64,000 nucleotides of DNA from Monocercomonoides exilis PA203 (taxonomy: Eukaryota > Protista > Preaxostyla). Numbering within the stretch: the stretch's first letter is position 1; every line of letters begins with the position of its first letter. The translations under genes were made by a program, and so were the position numbers. The stretch lies in NCBI GenBank assembly GCA_001643675.2, contig LSRY02000014.1:868001-932000 (forward strand), in the 5' to 3' direction. This document shows, piece by piece, positions 57,521 to 64,000 of this stretch. The notes under the pieces are model-generated. The model did no database searches. It was not told where the DNA came from and saw nothing but the letters and a program-made list of their open reading frames with translations.

Positions 57521-60505
57521 AACATTATTTTTATGAACGAAGAAATGGGACGAAATTTTGAGCTTTCTGAATTTTGTTCCATTCTTAAGTTTCAAATATT
57601 TTTCTCAAATTTTAAATTTATCCACTTTTTTTTTGACATGGGAATGAAAGACTTATTATGTTAAGGTTGGAGAAAATTTTTGGAACAAATCGTTATTTTT
57701 TTCATAAATGAAAGAATTTTGCCCTAAATGAAAACCTTTTCCTGATATATCATTGATTGAAGATAAAAGGATGAATTTCTACGAAAAAAATGATCAATAT
57801 AAATTATATTGCATTTTGGAACATCAGGGATGGCGAACAGTTTGTGATATTTTTTAGTTAGGAGAGTTGCTATCCATGCCAAGGGAAGGATATTTAGAGC
57901 GAAAAAAGATAAGAAAACAAAACGAAGCAATGAAATTAAGGCTAGCATTTGTTATCAATTTTCAGATATATTTTTGTGACGGAAGAATTGGATTGTAAAA
58001 CGTTGAGTTTAATATGACAAAGCAAGGATCGTTTATGTTTCGTTGTAGAACGAAATATTATTTTTATTCAAGACTTCTATTTCAATGCGCTTTCTTGATG
58101 GAATGATGAAACAAGCAATATTTGTCCAGATATTTCCCATCTTTTATCTTCACAGCATTTGTCGAAAGATAATAACGAAAGCATAATATCACAACAACAT
58201 GACTGCTTCAGCTTTTTTGTAAGTATGATACAATTTGAAATGTCTATTCTTTTCCATGGAATTCTACATCTATAGCAATTCACTTACTCGGACAAATATT
58301 CTCCTTTTTAACTCTTCATTCACGGACAATTGAGTTCTGTCCATCTAGTATTATCCATCTGTGATGAACAAATTTCGATTACCTCATCATTACCTCTGAT
58401 ACTTCAATAAGATGAATCTGTCTTCTTCTTTTTAAAAAATTGACATAACTTTTCTTTATTCTCTGAATTTGTTGTGAACTTTTCCATCTTTTGCCTTCCT
58501 CACTTTTCTATGATTCATTTTCTTTCCTTCACATGTCCATTTGCAACGTATGCTCCATCATACAGCTGCGTCTCTTATCTTTTGCCTCACAACAGTTATG
58601 AATTAATTTGCTTTGCCTTATTTGTCTTTTCTCAGGCGAGTTTAACATCCAGGAATACAAAATTACTTTTATGCTTTGGGTATCTCACAGATCAACTGAA
58701 GTGCAAATCTTATCTTTAAAATTGCTAGGTTCGGTTTCTTCTGCTTCTGATGCAAATACCTTTTCTTCTCAATCCTCCTTAACCGATTTTCATAAAGCAT
58801 CCCTGACCTCCCAATGAATACAATTCAATTTCTTCTTCAAATCTTTTTATTGAATCTTCCTCTCACTTGATTTAGAATAATAGAATATGCATTTTTTTCT
58901 GTTTATGCTGTTCATCAACAGCTTTATTAAATGAACCAAAAATTGTATCTTTCACTTTCTTTCATCTCATCAAAACAATCATTGATTGAAGCTTCTTTTT
59001 ATTATCACCAACAAACATAGTTATAAAATGCCGTTGAGAAAATCACTTTGTTTTCATTCTAATTCCTTCTTCAACAAAATTATTTGCAATACTTTTTTCA
59101 ATAAGTGACAAAAATTTTGTAAATTCCATTTCATTCTAGTCCCTTCAAATTCAACAATTGTTTTGTCTTCCATTTCAATGCAGAAGCGCAAGGTGAATAT
59201 ATATTTCAACATGTTTTTTTTTTTTTTTTTTGGGAACTTCTGAGGAAATGAAAAAGATTCAATTTTGACTGAGTAAAGTGGAGTGGCACAATTGTAATTA
59301 TAAAGAATATTATTTCAGTCTTTTCATTTGGAAGTTGAAGCATGCTCCGAAAACAGAAAGAACAGAGCAAGAAAGGTCATTTGGAATTGATAACAATGAA
59401 GATGTCCTTTGACAAAATTCACAATTACACATACCTTCATTAAGTCGCTGAAAGTGAATTAAAGAATGAAAGCTGTATATTGGAGAAGTAATATTTGTAA
59501 GAGAATCCAACAAAACGTAACGCAAACAGCCGACAAACAAGTTTGAACGAAAAAGTTGATGATATTATCATTTGTGGAAAATCGACTGATTTTATCGACG
59601 AATGATAATAGCTTATTCACTTTCAGCAATTGCAAGATTCGCATTTGATGAAGAAAGGAAATCAAACGAGGAAAAGATGATCCAATATTTTTATCTGCCA
59701 TGATGTTGTGTTTCTTGAAAAGAAAGTGATTACAACTTTCATTATTGATCCATGCTTCAGGAAAAGAGAAGACTTCAAAATTTTCAAGTTAGATAGAAAA
59801 TAAAATCAATTGGAATTGAAGCAATTATAGAGAGCAAATTGTTTTATTAAATGAAAATTGAAGAAATCACAAATATGTTGAAAAATGTCATCGTTGCCAG
59901 TGATTTTTGTGTCAGTCTCGTTGAATGAGAGTGTCTGAGTTAGGGAGAAGAAAGAGCTGAGGAACGTGAGAGAGGTGTCTGGAAGGATGGCGAAAGTTTC
60001 GAATGGATAATTGATAATGGAGCATGGACTTAGTTGTGGTTTTCAGCAGACATTGGCATCAGTCACGCTGCTAGCAAAGATTTTGCTCTGTGCAATGAGG
60101 AAAAGTTAACTTCGGCAATCTCGTTTGCTTTCGTTACGTGTTCCATTCTCTTTTTGTAAAGATTGTTGAGTCACATTGATTGAATGATGAATAATATTAT
60201 TTTGATAAAAGGGTTAAATGAAAACTCTACCTTTTTCTGCTGAACAACCATCAACAAAGCATAAGGGTTTATTGTGTTCTTTCTCTTTGATTTTTAAAAC
60301 CCAAAAACTTTTCAATGAGTTTTTATTCTTTCTCTTTTTTCGTTTAACCATTTTTTTAAAAAAGTGATGGTTTGTGAGAAGCAATGAATAATTCTCTTTC
60401 TTTTCGATTCGTTAATTTTGAACAATTTTTCCCTTTGAAATATTTGATGCGACCGAATCAATTGGAAAAATTTGAATCATTTGAAAAATTATTGAGTTAT
60501 TATGC

Positions 60506-60506
<1 letters not shown>

Positions 60507-60542
<36 letters not shown>
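60507..60542. repeat. Poly(A) run, 36 nt
   Basis: Seen directly. Confidence 0.95.
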
Positions 60543-60545
<3 letters not shown>

Positions 60546-60812
60546 ATTTAGCATTTTTTTGTTGTTTGGTGCTCAAAAGAAGTCACCAAAGAAAAATAGA
60601 GATACATGACAATTTCATTGCTGCGTGATAAGGTGCAAAAGTTTCATATTTAACGAGTCATTTGCCAATGTAATATTTCCAAAACAAATATTCCTGTTGA
60701 AAATGATAAAGCTAATGAATCAAACAAAAGTAGATATCATTTCCATGTTTTATTAACTACAATCGAATAATGATGAACATAAAAAGATGTAAATTATAGC
60801 AAATTCACATTA

Positions 60813-61669
60813 CACCATTTATTATTCAAATTTGGTAAACTTATTATTCGAAATTGGTAAACTTCTTATTCAAAATTAATAAAAATCAGAATTTTTTGAA
60901 AAAAATTTTTTGATATAATATGATCACTGGTTGAGTGTCGGAAAGTGATTAAAATGTTTTGTTTTTTTCATTATTCTTAAAAAGGATGAAAAATAAAACC
61001 TCTAATATTATTATTTGTCGAAAAACATGAAGTTTTTTGATTTTTCAGAAAAAAATCATCACAATGGAAATCGGATAATATTTGAATTATTTCACCTCAC
61101 TATGTAAAATAATGAACAATTCAATCAAAATATTTTATTTGTATCAATTTTTACAATCTGGAAACAAGTTTTTTTTATTAGTGAATAAATCCATAAATGC
61201 ACTTTCAGAATACTTCATTTGTTTTTATTGATCTTCTTTGCATATTTAAAAACTTATTGTCCATTTTGATTGTATGATGTGTTATCAAGCAATGTGAGGT
61301 TTATTCACTTGAAAATTATCCGATTTCCATTGTGATGATTTTTTTCTGAAAAATCAAAAAACTTCATGTTTTTCGACAAATAATAATATTAGAGGTTTTA
61401 TTTTTCATCCTTTTTAAGAATAATGAAAAAAACAAAACATTTTAATCACTTTCCGACACTCAACCAGTGATCATATTATATCAAAAAATTTTTTTCAAAA
61501 AATTCTGATTTTTATTAATTTTGAATAAGAAGTTTACCAATTTCGAATAATAAGTTTAACAACTTTGAATAATTAGTTTACCAAAATCGAATAATTAGTT
61601 TATTAATTCTGAATAATTAGTTGACCAATTTCGAATAATAAGTTTACCAAATTTGAATAATAAATGGTG
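60813..61669. mobile_element. Foldback element: long inverted arms, 22-bp terminal tandem repeats, TA duplication
   Basis: Arm 60813-61079 is the reverse complement of 61315-61669 apart from 88 extra bp (four 22-mers); ta|cacca ... tggtg|ta. Confidence 0.92.
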
Positions 61670-61689
61670 TATAATTTAGCAAATATGTA

Positions 61690-64000
61690 CCATTGGTGCT
61701 TAACCCGCACCCTGGTGCCAAACCCTCCCCCTCTCATTTTTGCTAAACACATATATTATTGTTATTATTTCTACAGATTTCTTCATGTTTGCTTTTAAAA
61801 AGAAAAGGAATACAAGATTGAAATGAAATGACTGCATAAAAATGCTCTGCAAAAGTTACAAAATAGTTAAATATCCATCTTCAAATAAACTTTGAACAAA
61901 GTGTTTTCCATTGTTGCAAGAAGTGAGAACAGCAAAAACAATATTCACTGGTATTTCTTTATAGATCTCAACGTTTCGCGGTTCCAAACTTCTTTATTAT
62001 AAAAAGAAAGACAGACAGAAAGAAACTACGACGACAAAGAAGAATAATATTTTTTGCGAAATTCAATTTCTTTTTTACTAAAAGCAGGTGAAACTGGTCT
62101 TTGAATTGGCTTTTCATTTTCCATTTTTCTTTTTTCCTCAGGATCGCTTCCTCCACTCACATCATCGTTTACGATTTCAAAAATTTTCTTTTTCTTTTTC
62201 TGCTTTATTTCTCTTTTATCTTCATTTGAAGAAGAGATTGACAAAAGAATGTTGAATTCTTCACGAGAATGCTTAGTTTTTGATGTTGAAGAAGTTGAAG
62301 AAGCTTTTGATTTTTCAATTCCTTCATATTTCGATCAAAGAAATGCAAGATGCTTTTCAGTATCTTCAAGTTGTTTTTTCAATTCAAAGCTATCCAAATC
62401 TTCAATAATTGTTGTAGAATTTAATTCGTGATCATCAGACAGAGAAGAACAGGTCTGTATATTCGATGAAGTTGATTTTGCCAAGTTTGCTTTTTCTGCA
62501 GAATAAATATCTGATGGTTTTGATGAAGCCGAAACACTTTGCCTTTTTGGTGGAGAATAGCTACCAAAAAATTCTTCACACCAATCTTGAGACAAAGAAT
62601 GAAGATCTTCTTTTAATGCAGAGGTTTCTATAGGTGCTCCTGCTACTCTAGATAGCACAGGGGCTGCAGCAACAGGCCAAACTCCTGTCTTTATGAATGC
62701 TGCTTTTATTGTTGAAGGTGTACATGCAGCTGCCAAGGCTTCAGGAAGAACTTCTGTGAGTTGTGTCATATGAGAAGGGAGGGAGAATGGAGATGGAATG
62801 ACAAATTTGTTGTTCAATGTTGATTTAAGTCGAGAAAAAATACAGGAATCACACGGTTGAAGTAAATGTGTCATATTAGGTGGGAATTTTTTCAGAATGA
62901 TGAATTTTTTTTCAGCTGCTTCAATTACAGTTTCGTCATTGTGAGTTGAATGATTATCCATTAATAAAAGTGCACGATGAGAACTTGTAGGTTTCACTTT
63001 CTCCGCGATTAATGGAATCAAACAATTGATCATGATATAGTTGAAGATTTCCTTCGAAATCCACCCAGAAGAAGAGTTGATATATCTGATATCAAATGAT
63101 GAAAGATATCGAAACTCTTTCGGGAGAGTTTACTTAGGGTAAAGAAGAAAACGAGGCAACGAAGATCCGTCAGTGCAGACACAGAGGCAAATTGTGGCAT
63201 TAAGTACTTTTGGAAACGATGGAACACCTGGAGGAATTTGATCTTTGAAGCAAACAACCAATTTTGATGAAGACTCCCCGCAAGTGATTGAAGATTCGTC
63301 GGTATTGTATATGTCGGATGATATGATGTTATAGCCTGAAATTAAAACTGACAGTTCTGAAAACCATCTGCTAATATATTCTGGTGACTGTGCTTTGATT
63401 TTTGCAACTTCTATTGGCCTTGCCATAGCGGCTTTCAATATTTCGCTTCGTTGAATTAATTTGAATGCATATTTTTTATTGATCATTTTCAATTCATTCT
63501 TTGATTTTGGATCATTTTCAATCAGATCGACACACTAAAACATTCAAAAAAGTTAAAAAAGCATGAAAATGAATATTACAAACCATGTTTTGCTCATCAC
63601 GAATTCGAACAATTGTTTGGTTAGACAAAAGAACCAAAACTTTGTTTTCAATTGTTTCCAACTGGTTGTCTGTTAATGTTCGTGGATGTCCATTCCTTCC
63701 GACCTCTCTTCCTGCTTTCTCCGCTCAAATCCCTCATTTCCAAGCATCCTTTGAAATAACTTTGGCTTTCATTGCAGTTGCATATTTCACTTTGAAATTT
63801 TTTCGAATCGCGAATAGCTTCTTTGACGGGGATTTGAACATGCTATATTCCCTTGTTGCCAGAACTCTATGCAATTGAGATGATGATAATTCTGTTTTTT
63901 TTGTCATCAAAATTGGGAATGATCAATTTCTCCAGAATTATCAAATTTAATGTTTCTGTCATAGGCAATCCTTTTCAGATGTATGGTTTGATATTTTGTA
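61690..64000 (-). mobile_element. Second pogo/Fot1-type (DD35D) transposon, disrupted; other end probably outside the window
   Basis: DIYNTDESS, ALLLMDNHSTH, FPPNMTHLLQPCDSCIFSRLK; HTH-like N-terminus from 63907; intron 63583-63535; putative GC-rich TIR at 61690. Confidence 0.85.

Noticed and set aside
61520-61669. 22-bp repeats (and the 21-bp repeats at 50740-50900) as a CRISPR array
   Set aside because: Head-to-tail units with no unique spacers, inside TIRs, eukaryotic context, no cas genes

Overview
Eukaryotic, AT-rich, intron-rich DNA in the standard genetic code. Short GT-AG introns, Ser-rich low-complexity proteins, cathepsin B, a flagellar gene and Cys-rich beta-helix surface-protein families suggest a flagellated protist, possibly an oxymonad such as Monocercomonoides (inference only). 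Gene-dense blocks (about 1-6.6 kb, 18-47.9 kb, 56.2-57.5 kb) alternate with very AT-rich islands of nested DNA transposons (about 6.9-17.9 kb, 47.9-56.1 kb, 60.8-64 kb). Genes: an Mtr4-like helicase with degenerate catalytic motifs (runs off the left edge), RPL5, cathepsin B, two-domain cytidine deaminase, tRNA-Lys(CTT), a small coiled-coil protein, an LPA1/2-phosphoglycerate-kinase-like P-loop NTPase with a ~1,750-aa disordered tail, syntaxin-16-like SNARE, SAC3/GANP, CSE1/exportin-2, a beta-helix membrane protein, CFAP57 and a divergent Beclin-1/Atg6. Mobile DNA: remnants of Merlin/ISXO2, IS5/Harbinger-type, two pogo-type DD35D and a possible rve-type transposase, plus many MITEs and foldbacks. 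Main findings: (i) four MITE families with TG...CA ends and variable-sequence 2-bp target-site duplications, supported independently by frame restoration of the Merlin gene; (ii) a 3.3-kb TGG...CCA element carrying an integrase-like remnant and a captured host-gene fragment; (iii) an intact but apparently ATPase-dead Mtr4 paralogue. All calls were made by eye from recalled motifs; no database searches were run, and exon boundaries are approximate unless stated.
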